A DNA stretch of 64,000 bases from Eledone cirrhosa (Eukaryota): NCBI GenBank assembly GCA_964016885.1, contig OZ024750.1, positions 13,764,001-13,828,000 on the forward strand, in the 5' to 3' direction. Every line of letters begins with the position of its first letter. The first letter of the stretch is position 1. Both the position numbers and the translations under genes were made by a program. The notes beneath the pieces were generated by a model. It did not search any database and was not told the origin of the DNA. It saw only the letters and a program-made list of their open reading frames with translations. Shown one piece after another: positions 1 to 11,559 of this stretch.

Positions 1-401
1 AAGACATGACTAAAAATGATGGAAGGGGAAAGGAAAACCAGAGGTTGATGAGAGGGAGGGTGCAAACAATAGGGGAAAATGGAGAAACTTTTCATGGAGA
101 TTACAAGGCTTGTTCCTGCTTGTTGTACAATATCTAGATTTCATATTCTAGTGTTTTATGTTTAGGTGTGTGAGATGACTAAATCAGTTATTCCTCTCTT
201 TGACAAATATTGGCTTTGTTTTGTCTTGGTGTATAAGGGCCTGGGTTCTCTCCACATATTGTTATCTCCAACTCTTCACTATATCCATTTTAATAATTCT
301 TATGTAAATTCTTATGTTGTTCTGTTATCAATTACTATTTTTCTTCATTTAGAGGAATTATTGCCAATTGTTTCTAAATATATCTCCAAGAATTGTTAAG
401 G

Positions 402-525
402 ATGGCTAATACCTCTCAAGAATCTAAAGAAAAAGAATCTGCTCTGGAAATGAATTCATCAGAACCAGCTAACAAATCGTTTAAAATCACTCTCCCAAAG
501 AGGCCTTTTTACATTGATCTCTTAA
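402..525 (+). CDS. TCP11L1: TCP11-like coding exon 1 (exon begins at 353; MANTSQESKEK...PFYIDLL)
   Basis: Acceptor cttcatttag ends at 352, ATG at 402, donor A|gtaagt; phase 1 fits the next exon. Confidence 0.75.
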
Positions 526-3500
526 GTAAGTCATTTTCCTCTATTTTTTTCAACCCTTGAATAATTTCATTTGTAAGAATGTATAATATGGTATTGGTGT
601 TTTAGTTTTAATTTGAAAGAAGCATAAAAGCTGTAATATTAAGAGGTAATGGGCTTAGTAATTACTGTGTTGTGTATCTACAACATCCACAGTGTGTAGT
701 ACAATCTAAAGTGATATTGGGTTAAATAGCCATAAGCCATTCAGACATTCCATTGATTTTGTCTAATTTGATTCAGTTCAGCTAGCTGTCAGAAATAGGT
801 ACCAATAATACCTAGAGGTGAAATGTAACCTTCATTTGCTTAACACCATAAAATAAATAAAGCCAAGTATTGGTCCTTATAGCATTAACATTTTTGCATA
901 TAGTATAAGTACAGTTTGAATATACAAAGTACCGTATATATTTGAATATAAGCTGACCCTCCATTTTACCATCAATTTTTTTTATCACATATTCCTCGGC
1001 TTATATTCGAGTATATATGATAACTCCTATACAGAATTTGAAGTGTTGTCCTATAAGTCATCATCAAGTCATCATCATTTTACAACTGCTTTTCATGCTG
1101 ACATGCATTAGATAGGTGATCATGGTCTAACTGTGATGACCTGTCCAACACATACCAACATGAAAAGTAGATGTAAAATGATGACAACTGGACTACCAAT
1201 TTAAAGGACTTCACTTAAATTCCCTACAGAGGTTTCTTTGTATGTTTGAGATATACATTTAACTCTGTATTTTCTGTACATTTAGGTTTCAGCTATTGTT
1301 TAACTTAGATCAACCCAGATCTGTTGCACCCAGATTAACCAGCATAGTATATCTACATTGTCCAAATTTTCAGACAGTAGTGAGTGATATGAGAGAGATT
1401 TAGCTTCTATTTCCAACAGATCTAATGACTCTGTAGAGGCGCCTTTGTGTCAAATTATTTTGTCTAGTGTTTACTGTTTCTTTCACTCCAATAAAAATAA
1501 CCAATTCTAGTTCCAGCTTCAGAAAAAACAACAGAAATCTATAACTGCTTCCGAGATATGGAACTTCTCCATGAAATAGTTATCAATGAAAAGTATGAAC
1601 CAGAAATACCAAGGTTAGTTTCACCTTATTTTAAAATTATCCAGGTATTGAGAAGTTAATATTTTTTTTAAATGGTACGGTTTGGTTTAGAGAAAGGGAT
1701 TGTGCCGATGGATTTTGCAGGTCGTCTAAGACTGGTGAAACTGTCTCAGTTAATGTTTCTCCTGATCAGCTGCAGGAAACATGCGGCAAAGTGGAACTTT
1801 CAGAAGACTGACTTTCTTGAAAAAGTGGCTAGCATCAGGACTAGAGGTGGGGAGGGAGTTATTTCTCAGCTTGAGAATTCTATCAGTCAGTGTTCTTTAA
1901 CACATATTGCTCTGTAACTACAGCTCAGGTACTACAGACATGTGGTTAGAATATCTAAAGAAAGAATTACAGGACAGAGGTAGACCGTGAGCAAAATGGT
2001 TGGATAACATCCATAAGCTTGGTTGGTCTCATTTGGAGACAGTTACTTCTGAAGTGACCCTTTGGAAGGTGTGTTTGAAGGTGGAAAAGAACTCCCCTCA
2101 CTTCCTCTCCCCAAAGCTATGACAACTTTGGGAATTAACTACAACTGTTAACAAGACTTTACTCACTCTGTACTCTCCCTAAATTATATTATCCAATAAT
2201 AATTGTTTCATTTATTGGCCACAAGGGCCGATATTATCCAATAACAATAATAATAATTCATGTTTGTTTATTTAATATTTCTTTTTGATCCTTTCTTTCA
2301 TATAGTTTATACAAACAGATACATACTATATTCCACAACCTATTCTGGGACCAAATAGAAAATCAACTGAATGCCACCCCACCAGATTATACATCTGCCA
2401 TACAGATTATTGAGACTGTCAGAGAGGTAGGCAAGATTTCATTTTAGAAATATTAATACTATTTTATGTGGCGAATTGGCAAAGACATTAGAAGGTCAGA
2501 TAGAATGTTTTCGGGTACACGTTTCGACGCTCTGCTCTGTAAGTTGAAATCCCGCCAAGGTCAAATTTACCTTTCATACATTCGAGGCCGATAAAAAAAA
2601 GTTCCAGTGAAGAACTGGGTGGTCGATTCTTCCTCTATATCTCTATCTCATTACTATTCTCTCACTCTCTATCTTTCTCTGGAAGAAATCTGCTACATTC
2701 AGACCTGGAGAGGAGATTGTCTGCACCAGGTTTTAAAGAATGCTCTAGAAACATTGTATGTCAATACAGCACCCCTACAGCTTCCCTGAGAGTTATGGAA
2801 CCATGCATGCAATACCATTTTAGTTATAATTAACATTAATTATTCCTTATGTTGGGTTGGAGAAGTGAGAAGATGCAAACTTTTCTGAAGAGCATTTAAT
2901 TAGTTCCAGATGAGGAGTGAAACTGGGTTGTAAATCAGTTTGTCAAATATTTACTGACAGATTGTGGTGCCGATCACATAAATGGTAGTGTTAATGGTTT
3001 CTAGTTTAGGCACAAGGCTAGCAATATTGGTGGTGGGAGGAGAATGTTAATTAAATCAACCTTTCATTCATAGAACTTTTGTTATTAGCAGGGGTAGCAG
3101 AAACTTCTTCCATCTTGTCCTTATTCTAGCTATTATGCTCTCAGAGTACCCTCCTCCACTGCTAATTATATCACCTAGGTAGCAGAAGCTATCAACCACT
3201 TCTATGGATCCTTCCTGGGTTTGGAAAATGTTTATATTATTTATTTTATTATAATCATTGGCTCTCTTACTATCAATTGACCCTGAACATCTACTACATA
3301 CAAAATCTTCCTTTCCTGTTAGTCTGCATGTTATCCCACTAAACCTCTGGTGAACCCAATATTTGCATTGTGTACATCATATAGAGTTTATGCCCTCTCC
3401 TTTTCTACATATCGAGCAAGACCACTTCCCTGATGAGATTGGTGCCCTATCTTCTTTCCTACTTATTAACATTTTGGTTTTTGCTAAATTTACTCTAATC

Positions 3501-6500
3501 CTTTTTGATTTTAAGTTTTGTTTCCACAGCGAGAATTTATTCTCTAGTTCTTTCACAGATTCAGCTAAGAGGACCAGATCATTGGCATACAGAAGTTTCC
3601 ATGTGTAACCAGTCTTAAACTCCTCTGTAATTGGAGGACTAGGATAAACAGGAGTTGGCTAAGAATTGAACCCTGATGTACTCCTACCTTTACCTTGAAT
3701 TTTTCACTAAACTCACTTCCTACTCTCTACTAACAGCTCCTCCATATATGGCTTGCACTTCTTTTACAAGCTATTCTTTAAAGGCCACCAGATGACCGAT
3801 CAGGGTACTCTATCAAAGGCTTTCAATAGATCAACAAAAGCTAGATATAGAAGCTTATTCTTAGCTAAGAACTTCTGTTGTAGTTGTCTTACTAAAAAGA
3901 GGGCATCTGTGATGCTACCCCCTAACATGAAACTAAATTTCATATCATCTGATTTGACTATTTCCCTAATTAGTTGTGCTAGAACTCTTTCTGTTACTTT
4001 CATAACTTGATCCAATCATTAGGTATGACTCTCCCCTGTATTACCTGATTGACTATACATTTATATATACTTTGCTTTAGATGATTTTGGAGCTTATGTT
4101 GCCATGGCAGCATAAATTTCAGCAACAATTCTGTGAAGTTTTAGATATGGAATTGATTAAACAGAAAATAGAAAAAGATGTATTTGACTTGCAATATTAT
4201 GCGGATTACATTATCACCATGATGGAGAAAATGTGTGCCCCTATACGAGATGAAGATGTTGCAAAGTTGCGGGAAATTCATGAAGTTGTTCCTCTCTTCA
4301 GGTAAGTTTTTAATAATCTGCTTTTGGCAACTGAGGTGTATTCACTTTTAGTTAACAAGGGAAAACAACTGATACATGGTAGAGAAGACCCTTGAGTCTA
4401 CTCAGACAACCTCTATAGTGCTGCTGGCATGAATAATGCACCTAGTCCATGCTGCACAGTAGTTGGTAAAACATTGCCAAAATATGAAAAGACAACACAT
4501 CAGTCTCTCTCACTCTGTTATTGAAAATAAAAATCTGAACTACTGCTACCTCTGCTGTTGCTACTATTACTACAACTACCTTTGGCCAATATATTGTAAA
4601 TAAGTAAAAAATAGTTTCGTTCAATCTGTCGTTTTCTTTTTATTAGGTCAATTGTGAAAACACTTGAATTAATGAAGCTAGATCTGGCTAACTTCACTAT
4701 TAAACAAGCTCGACCTTATATGCAACACCATTACATTTCTCTGGAGCAAAAAAAGTTTAAGAAGTTGATAGAAGATTATAACGGTAAGAAATGTTGTTTT
4801 TTTTGTCATACAAACATTATACTAAACATGACAGTGGAGATGACACAGGTTCAAGGTGACTGGTGATATGGTAGATAAGACCTGTCTAGGACCAAGCTGA
4901 CCGGTGATATGGTAGATAAGACCTGTCTAGGACCAAGGTGACTGGTGATATGGTAGATAAGACCTGTCTAGGACCAAGCTGACTGGTGATATGGTAGATA
5001 AGACCTGTCTAGGACCAAGGTGACTGGTGATATGGTAGATAGGACCTGTCTAGGACCAAGGTGACTGGTGATATGGTAGATAAGACCTGTCTAGGACCAA
5101 GGTGACTGGTGATATGGTAGATAAGACCTGTCTAGGACCAAGCTGACTGGTGATATATGATAGATAAGACCTGTCTAAGACCAAGCTGACTGGTGATATA
5201 TGATAGATAAGACCTGTCTAAGACCAAGCTGACTGGTGATATGGTAGATAAGACCTGTCTAGGACCAAGGTGACTGGTGATATGGTAGATAAGACCTGTC
5301 TAGGACCAAGCTGACTGGTGATATATGATAGATAAGACCTGTCTAAGACCAAGCTGACTGGTGATATGATATGGTAGATAAGACCTGTCTAACATGGCTG
5401 TAACCAAATAACTGAAACCAGGAAAAGAATTTTTTTTTTATGTGTACTGCTGGTTGTTGCACAAGATTTAAAGGTTCAGCCTGTTAATATTTCCACATGA
5501 TTTTCTTTATTCTTTAAGAAAGTGGTCACGATCTTTTGAAAAGAACCAAAATATGGCTCCAGAGAAGCAATGATAAATTGACTCAGCTTCCGCAGTTGAA
5601 TTCTGAAGACAATGGAGCATGTGCTGCATCAAATTCCTGCTCTGATACTTTTATACCTAATTTAGATGGTCCACCTAACAGCACAAATACCCTCAACATG
5701 GCTTATTTAGAACTTGTTAATTGGGAAGATTTACAGCAATATCCAGAGGTGAATATAGTTATGTTTTATTTTACTTTATTCATATATATCTGTGGGACTA
5801 GGGTACCAGGGGAGGTCTTTCCGGAAGCGATGGGCCTTTTGGCTATCTTTTGTTTCAAAGCTGTAGTGCATGCGACATGTGTGTTTGTTCATGGCTGTTA
5901 TGATTGAGTGTGTGAGACTTGCTATATTCTTTGGCCAGACGTAAAACTGGCGAACATCCGTGCGGGGAAATTCAGTCCAGACACAAAGGTAGGTCCCTTC
6001 GCTTCCTACAACAATATCTTTTTTATTTCTGAGAAAGTTAGATTCATAGAAGTCTACATAATAGGTCATGTAAGCCTGCTTAGTGGGAAAAATTGGACAT
6101 TAGCTAATTTCACTGACCCTTTCTAAAGACATGGTCATTTGTATATTCTTATTGGCAATATCTGTAGAGAGTCGGGCACCATGCTTTGAAGCATAGAGTT
6201 ACGTCCCTTTATGATCTGAGTTCAAATCCCGCCGAGGTTAACTTTGCCTTTCATCCTTACGGGGTCGATAAAATAAAGTACCAGTAATGCACTGGGTAAT
6301 TGCCAGCCTTGTGCCAAAAAGTAGAAACAATTATTATTTAGTAACGATATGGGGGGGGGGGGGGGTAGGAGAGATGGAGAATATGTTCAGCCTGGAGTGA
6401 ATGCCTACTACAGAGTGGACTTCGCTCAAGGTATAGATATTGCTGTTAAACTGGACAATGGGTCTAATTTATTAAGCAAGGTTTATTAGGATTATATTTT

Positions 6501-8159
6501 TGTAGATGATTGATTTATTTTGTAATTAATTTTATATTGATTGACTTTTTACTAAAATGTTTGTATTTAGACGATGTTTTTAGATGAGAAGCGTTACCGT
6601 AGTCTACAAAAGGAGTTCCGTCTGTTGGCCCTAATATCTGCTATGTTACTCGTCACATATAACACAATTGGTTCTTCAATCACGGCTGTCACAGAACTTA
6701 GGGAGCAACTAAAAAAATGTCTATTTATTCTGTTACAAGAATCCTATTCCAAAAAGGGGCAGTAAGTATCTCTTCAATAATGATGTTTTTTGGAGAGGTG
6801 GAAGTTATTTTGTGTTAGTTCTCAGCCATTATTTTATAATCATTCCAGTTGCTAAGATTTTAATATAAATTGATTTTTATACCAATTTGAGACAAGAAAT
6901 GAGCAACTTGCTTTACTGACAGGTGACTGCCTTCCTAATTTCACTCCAAAGCATCTTTTATTCCCATAACTGTACTGTTTTATCTTCATATACCTTTTGT
7001 CACCATATTTCAATTGATTAAGCAAAAATTTTGAGAGATCCTTGTTAATCCTCCCCTATAAAGTCTATGCTAAGTACCTGGCAAAGAGATGTAAGGATAT
7101 ATAAGGTGACCATGCTCATACAGATGTTTTTGGCTTCTATGGCCAGAATTATTTCATTGTATATATTTTACTTGCAGAAATCCATCAGACATAGAACTAA
7201 GGTGTGCTGAACAAGTTAACAGTGTGGTCAGTGAATGGCTTAGGAATCATGACTTTGCAGATCTGACTTTGGACAAACAGAAGTTGCTGATAGGACAATT
7301 GCAGGAAGTAGCTTCACCTCAGCATGCAGTTCACAAGGTTATGTGTATGTATCAATTGATTTCTATAGATAAATATACTGTATTTATGAATAAACTTGTA
7401 GTAACTCACACCTATACAGATTTAGGAGGTCTCTGGGAAGTTTTGTTGCTAAACAAAGATGGTTAACAATTAAATGGAGTCAATATATAGAAGCGAGGAC
7501 TGTTCACATAAAATCTTGTAAAGTGGTAATGCTGGTGCTATGATAAAATACATCCAGTATAATCTGTAAAGTGGTAGTGCTGGTGCCAGAATAAAACATA
7601 CTGAGTGTACTCTGTAAAATGGCAGTGCTGATACCACGATAAAATCCATACATCTCTTGTATTTGGAACATAGGATAGAATTTCTACCTACTCCTTTACT
7701 GCACACTGAGCATAGCCATTTCCCTTTCTACTTACTAGGTTTTTAATATTTGTCAAGTTGACTTTAAGACCTTTTGATTTTAGTCTATGTTTCCAGATTT
7801 GGATTTCTGCTATAGATTCAGCTGCATACATGTTTATATTATTGATATACCACATTTGGTTTCTATTGAGTTTAAACTATAATTTCTTTCTATATTCAGG
7901 TAAACGGATCAGTGAGTATATATACCAATGCATTTGCTGTGGCAGTGTAGATAAAGTGAAAGTGCCTGGTGCGGTATCTGCAATTGAAAATGAATTAGTT
8001 GCTGCTACCAAAGTATTTATTCGACTCATTGGACTTAATTTTGGAGTGTGTCGGGAATTTTATACTGAACTCCTATCTGTTATAATTGAAAGCAAGGATA
8101 AAACAGCATCTGATGCTACAGACACATCTAAGAGTCCGGACTCTTCAGAGAACAGTTGA
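402..8159 (+). CDS. TCP11L1: T-complex protein 11-like protein, complete spliced CDS join(402..525,1511..1613,2306..2426,4081..4301,4647..4783,5519..5748,6571..6761,7178..7344,7900..8159), 517 aa
   Basis: Nine exons with GT-AG boundaries and matching phases, totalling 1554 nt. TCP11-family motifs LHEIVIN, FWDQ..NATPPDY, EVLDMELIKQ, CAPIRDEDV, MKLDLANFTI..RP, YPETMFLD. In-frame TAA at 375-377 upstream of the ATG (context AGGATGG). Assignment among TCP11/L1/L2 is uncertain. Confidence 0.93.
930..1022. mobile_element. Short Tc1/mariner/pogo-type MITE (TA-CCGTATATA..GAATATAAGC TIR)
   Basis: Imperfect ~25-bp TIRs; related copies at 48953-49156 and (partial) near 16547. Confidence 0.65.
1511..1613 (+). 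CDS. TCP11L1: TCP11-like coding exon 2 (IPASEKTTEIYNCFRDMELLHEIVINEKYEPEIP)
   Basis: ttctag| acceptor, AG|gttagt donor; HEIVIN family motif. Confidence 0.88.
2306..2426 (+). CDS. TCP11L1: TCP11-like coding exon 3 (SLYKQIHTIFHNLFWDQIENQLNATPPDYTSAIQIIETVRE)
   Basis: catatag| acceptor, GAG|gtaggc donor; FWD...PPDY motif. Confidence 0.93.
2468..2800 (+). mobile_element. Composite SINE: tRNA-like head + CT-rich linker + distinct 3' tail
   Basis: Same architecture at 15600-15945 (-), 49470-49725 (-) and 31190-31410. Confidence 0.65.
3090..4020 (-). mobile_element. Decayed RTE-clade LINE reverse-transcriptase fragment
   Basis: [30 protein letters not shown]; LLYANDLVL; VVDSFCYLGDII; frameshifts and stops. 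Confidence 0.9.
4081..4301 (+). CDS. TCP11L1: TCP11-like coding exon 4 (MILELMLPWQ...CAPIRDEDVAKL...VPLF)
   Basis: gctttag| acceptor, AG|gtaagt donor; matches ORF 4081. Confidence 0.95.
4647..4783 (+). CDS. TCP11L1: TCP11-like coding exon 5 (SIVKTLELMKLDLANFTIKQARPY...)
   Basis: tattag| acceptor, G|gtaaga donor; MKLDLANF motif. Confidence 0.95.
4852..5391 (+). repeat. Minisatellite, 13 copies of a 41/43-bp unit (caaggtgactggtgatatggtagataagacctgtctaggac)
   Basis: Direct tandem copies without spacers, in TCP11-like intron 5. Confidence 0.97.
5519..5748 (+). CDS. TCP11L1: TCP11-like coding exon 6 (SGHDLLKRTKIWL...AYLELVNW...YPE)
   Basis: ttctttaag| acceptor (AAG), GAG|gtgaat donor; phases 1 and 0 fit neighbours. 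Confidence 0.9.
6151..6339 (+). mobile_element. tRNA-derived SINE (octopus-type), near full length
   Basis: B-box-like gagttcaaatcc, core actttgcctttcatcc..ggggtcgataaaataaagtaccag, (att)n tail; more than 12 related copies in the window. Confidence 0.85.
6571..6761 (+). CDS. TCP11L1: TCP11-like coding exon 7 (TMFLDEKRY...ESYSKKG)
   Basis: tatttag| acceptor, CA|gtaagt donor. Confidence 0.93.
7178..7344 (+). CDS. TCP11L1: TCP11-like coding exon 8 (NPSDIELRCAEQV...HAVHKVM)
   Basis: cttgcag| acceptor, T|gtatgt donor. Confidence 0.9.
7640..7790 (-). mobile_element. RTE LINE fragment (Cys-rich CSVCSKGVGRNSILC segment)
   Basis: Homologous to the Cys-rich part of the 3090-4020 element. Confidence 0.7.
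7900..8159 (+). CDS. TCP11L1: TCP11-like last coding exon (CKRISEYIYQ...SPDSSENS*)
   Basis: tattcag| acceptor, TGA at 8157-8159. Confidence 0.9.
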
Positions 8160-8476
8160 GTGTTCTGTGAACCAATCCAGGACTAAGCTTAATTAGCATA
8201 CATTTAAGGAGTATCTTTTATTTATCAATTTTAAAAAATGGATTAGAAAAAAAATTCATAAACATGTTCTACACATTATGGCAGATATACTTCTAAGCAA
8301 TAATTGTTTGTTTGTTTGTTTGTTTTTATCAGGTTTATATTTATATTTTGCTTTGGATAATTTTTTTTTTTTAAAACAAAACTTCATAAACATAATCAGA
8401 TATATAGATATATGATAATGAAGTATAAGTTAACATGGCCTCATCATAACTGTTGCATAACAGCAATTATATAATG

Positions 8477-8482
8477 AATAAA
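8477..8482 (+). promoter_or_regulatory. Candidate polyadenylation signal of the TCP11-like gene
   Basis: AATAAA about 320 nt after the stop; further ATTAAA hexamers near 9005-9070 are followed by a GT/T-rich tract. Confidence 0.35.
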
Positions 8483-9095
8483 TGAGGTAAATTCTAACCT
8501 GTTGACTTATACTTCGGAGTACAGACCTTGTATACTTCGTTGAGTGCTCTATCTTGCATACACTAGTATCAGCTATTTACCCAACACATATACCAAATAT
8601 AATAATGTGTGTGTGTACAAGTAAAAAATATTTGTTAAATATTCCTTTCTTCCATTTTGTCCATGACTGCATTTACATTATTCTATATTTACTATTGTAT
8701 TTTCATAGTAAAGGCTTTATCTTACATAATATCGAATCTATGGGATTTTGAGAACAATACCTTAACATAAGTATGAGCGGCCGGTTACAGCTGGTTTAAA
8801 GGTTAAAGATACTTTTAATAACCATTCTGTAGAAGAAAAAGAGATCTGTACATTTTTGATATTGTTGGAAGTGTTTTTCAATTTTTATAGAATTATTGTT
8901 GGCATTGAAAAACACAAGTGTTGAAATAATGTTTGTCACAGATTTGGACATTTGCTGCTTACCAGATATGTGATCTAAACATTACCATTTCTAAACATTT
9001 TTTCATTAAATTATGGAAAATAAGAATATTTTCTAATCTTTGGATATTTCATTAAATTATTTCAATTAAATGTGGTTTCATTTCTTTTCTTGTTT

Positions 9096-9282
9096 TCAAC
9101 CCTTTTCATTACTCTATATTTACCATTGTATTTTCACAGTAAACACTTTATCTCACATAATATTGAATCTACGAGAATTTGATATTTATTTTGAGAATAC
9201 CTTAACATAAGTATGCACAACCAGAACAGAAAGAGGTGAGAATTCTAGCTGGATACGGTTGGTTTAAATGCTAAAGGGTTAA
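9096..9282. mobile_element. TTAA-flanked piggyBac-type MITE family A copy (partial copy at 8669-8806)
   Basis: Ends aaatgctaaagggTTAA; internal sequence shared with 53895-54109. Confidence 0.75.
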
Positions 9283-9469
9283 GTTGTTTTCTTGTGAGGT
9301 CAAATCAATGGAGTTTCTGATCACATACATTCTGTAATGTGGTTGATGTTAGGAAAGAATTTCAGTTATAGAAACCATGGCAAAAAGTGTTGAGAGAACT
9401 CTTGGGCCATACCCTGGCAACCTTTCTAGTGCTGGTGCCACAAAAGGATACATCCAGTTACATACTTTC

Positions 9470-9650
9470 AAAGAAATGTATGTACGTAAAAGGAGAGTAA
9501 GATTTGCTGGCCACTGCCATCGTGCCACCTATGAGGTTGTGTCCCCATTAATTCTTTGGAAACGAAGTAGTCACTAATAACAGGGGGCGTAAGCTCTATT
9601 CCGATGTCATCTCCAGAGATTCTGGTAGCGGCAATGAATGACAGACAAAC
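9470..9650 (+). mobile_element. RTE/RTE-X LINE 3' fragment
   Basis: RRVRFAGHCHR..VSPLILWK..GRKL.SDVISRD resembles the RTE C-terminus. Confidence 0.6.
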
Positions 9651-9732
9651 CCAAACATATGTGTTCACACATATTAGCAGCTGGCTTAGCGCAAAATATT
9701 CCAAAAGTGTAGCACGGAGGGATCTTGATAAA

Positions 9733-9738
9733 TTTATT
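9733..9738 (-). promoter_or_regulatory. Candidate polyadenylation signal of REPS1 (another at 10478-10483)
   Basis: TTTATT on + strand (AATAAA on -), downstream of the stop at 11388. Confidence 0.3.
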
Positions 9739-10744
9739 GTAACCTGACTGTGTTTGGTCCCTTAGAAACACATTTGCTGGAGAAAAAAGAAATCACCAAA
9801 TCTATACATTCTGCCTATTACAAAAATACAACAAATTCAGAAAATAAAAATGAGAGTATATATCATCTTAAAACAATATTTTATAGACATTGACAATTAG
9901 CAATACATATACACAAAATTAAAGCTAAATAAATGTACAAGCTTTAAAAGCCAATAAACTTAAGTTAATTACATATATATTCTTGTCTGAACCCCCTCGC
10001 CCCATCCCCAATAGATAAAAACAAAATTTTTACATAGGAAAGCAGAAAAAGTACATAGTTTTTAAGACACAAAGACAAGGTAGGGAGAAAGAAAGTATAC
10101 ATCTCCATTGAAGTGTCAGAACAGTTTTTCTTCTTTTTTTTTTAATCTCCTAAACTCATTCCTAGATTTCAATATACAAAATGTAATAAATAGAACAAGG
10201 ATCAGTTCTATTTTTCTTTCATTTTTGGTTGAATCAGTTTTACATAACATATACACACAAGAATATTCTATCGTTTCTAAATAAGTGTCCTTCTCCACTC
10301 CAACACCTTACATTCGACAGACAAAACTATAACATTGGTTTGTAACACATGATACAATCACAGTCCTTTGGCTTATCTTCTTCACATTTTGTTTTTTGTT
10401 GGTTAGTTTTCTTTTTCCTTTTAGTTGCTCAAATATTTGGCATGCTTCTTACTTATGAAGCAATGAGGCAGCAGAGATTTATTGAAAATAATTACAAAAG
10501 AAAAATGCCTGTGTTGTGTGTGTGTGTAAATATGTATGTGCGGATGTGTGTGTAAAAGGTGCATTGAGGCAGCTCTTTACTAGCCATAAATAGCGACACA
10601 TTAGTAAGTAACAACAGAACCATCCTCTATGACACCAGTTATTATTGATACCAGTCTCTACCAAATCATATGATAGGCAAGAGAGGAAGATAAGTGATAT
10701 TTAGAGACAGAAACAAAACTTGATTGGAATTAATCAAGTTTACA

Positions 10745-10960
10745 AAATCTGTTCTATATATATTATGTCTTAAGATACGAATGTGTATGTGTTTTCCATA
10801 AATCTGTTCTATGTATCATGTCTTAAGATGCATATGTAGAAATGTGTTCTATATATGATGTCTTAAGATACATATGCAGAAATGTGTGTATGTGTTTTCC
10901 GTAAAATCTGTTCTATATATCATGTCTTAAGATGTATGTATATGTATGTGTGTGTTTCCA
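10745..10960 (+). repeat. Degenerate tandem repeat (about 4 units, tctgttctatatat..atgtcttaagat) in the presumed REPS1 3' UTR
   Basis: Repeated motif visible directly. Confidence 0.8.
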
Positions 10961-11387
10961 TAAGACTTTGCTACTTAAGTTAAATTTGTTCAAATGCAAT
11001 ACAAAAAAAGAAATGAGTGAGAAGAAGCAAGTGTTTTCATGGTAGTTATAATCCAATAATTATCAACCATGTCCACCAGCAGTTAGGAGATCAGACTTGA
11101 CTACAGGCAGTGACTGCTGTTACTGCAGTACTAGCAGACAATGTTTTGGTAGTTCTGCATCTAGTAACATACTGCCAACCATTAATTTACTGATATAATG
11201 AGAAGATTATTTAAAAAAACAAGTGTTCTCAATTATGGGACCTTCCTTTGCTGAGTGGCATTCCATCTTGGGCTTCCGAGCCAAGTGCCCCCTTTTCTCG
11301 GTAATATCCCTGATGTGGTTGCTGTCATTTTTCTTGGAATTGGCTTTATAAGTGCCAAGGGCTGCTGGCTCAGTAGCTGTATACTAG

Positions 11388-11559
11388 TCAGCTGTGGTAG
11401 GGCCTCAGGTGCTCCAGCTGGATTTCCAGCGCAATCCGCTGTTCCATCACCTCCTGGAGTTCCTGGTTCAGTTCGCTATTAACACGCTCTAGCATGGCAT
11501 TTCTTTCTTTATGGGTACTAATTGCCATTTGGAGCTCTCGTTTATCCCGACTTGGTTGC
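11388..11559 (-). CDS. REPS1: REPS1 last coding exon, RalBP1-binding coiled coil
   Basis: ctcgttag| acceptor; [13 protein letters not shown]...LEHLRPYHS*. Confidence 0.96.

Noticed and set aside
2885-2945. CTGAAGA...GAAAC hammerhead-like pattern
   Set aside because: Stems I and II cannot be formed
4852-5391. CRISPR-like appearance of the 41-bp array (and the 29-bp array at 25608)
   Set aside because: Units are contiguous with no unique spacers, there are no cas genes, and both lie in eukaryotic introns
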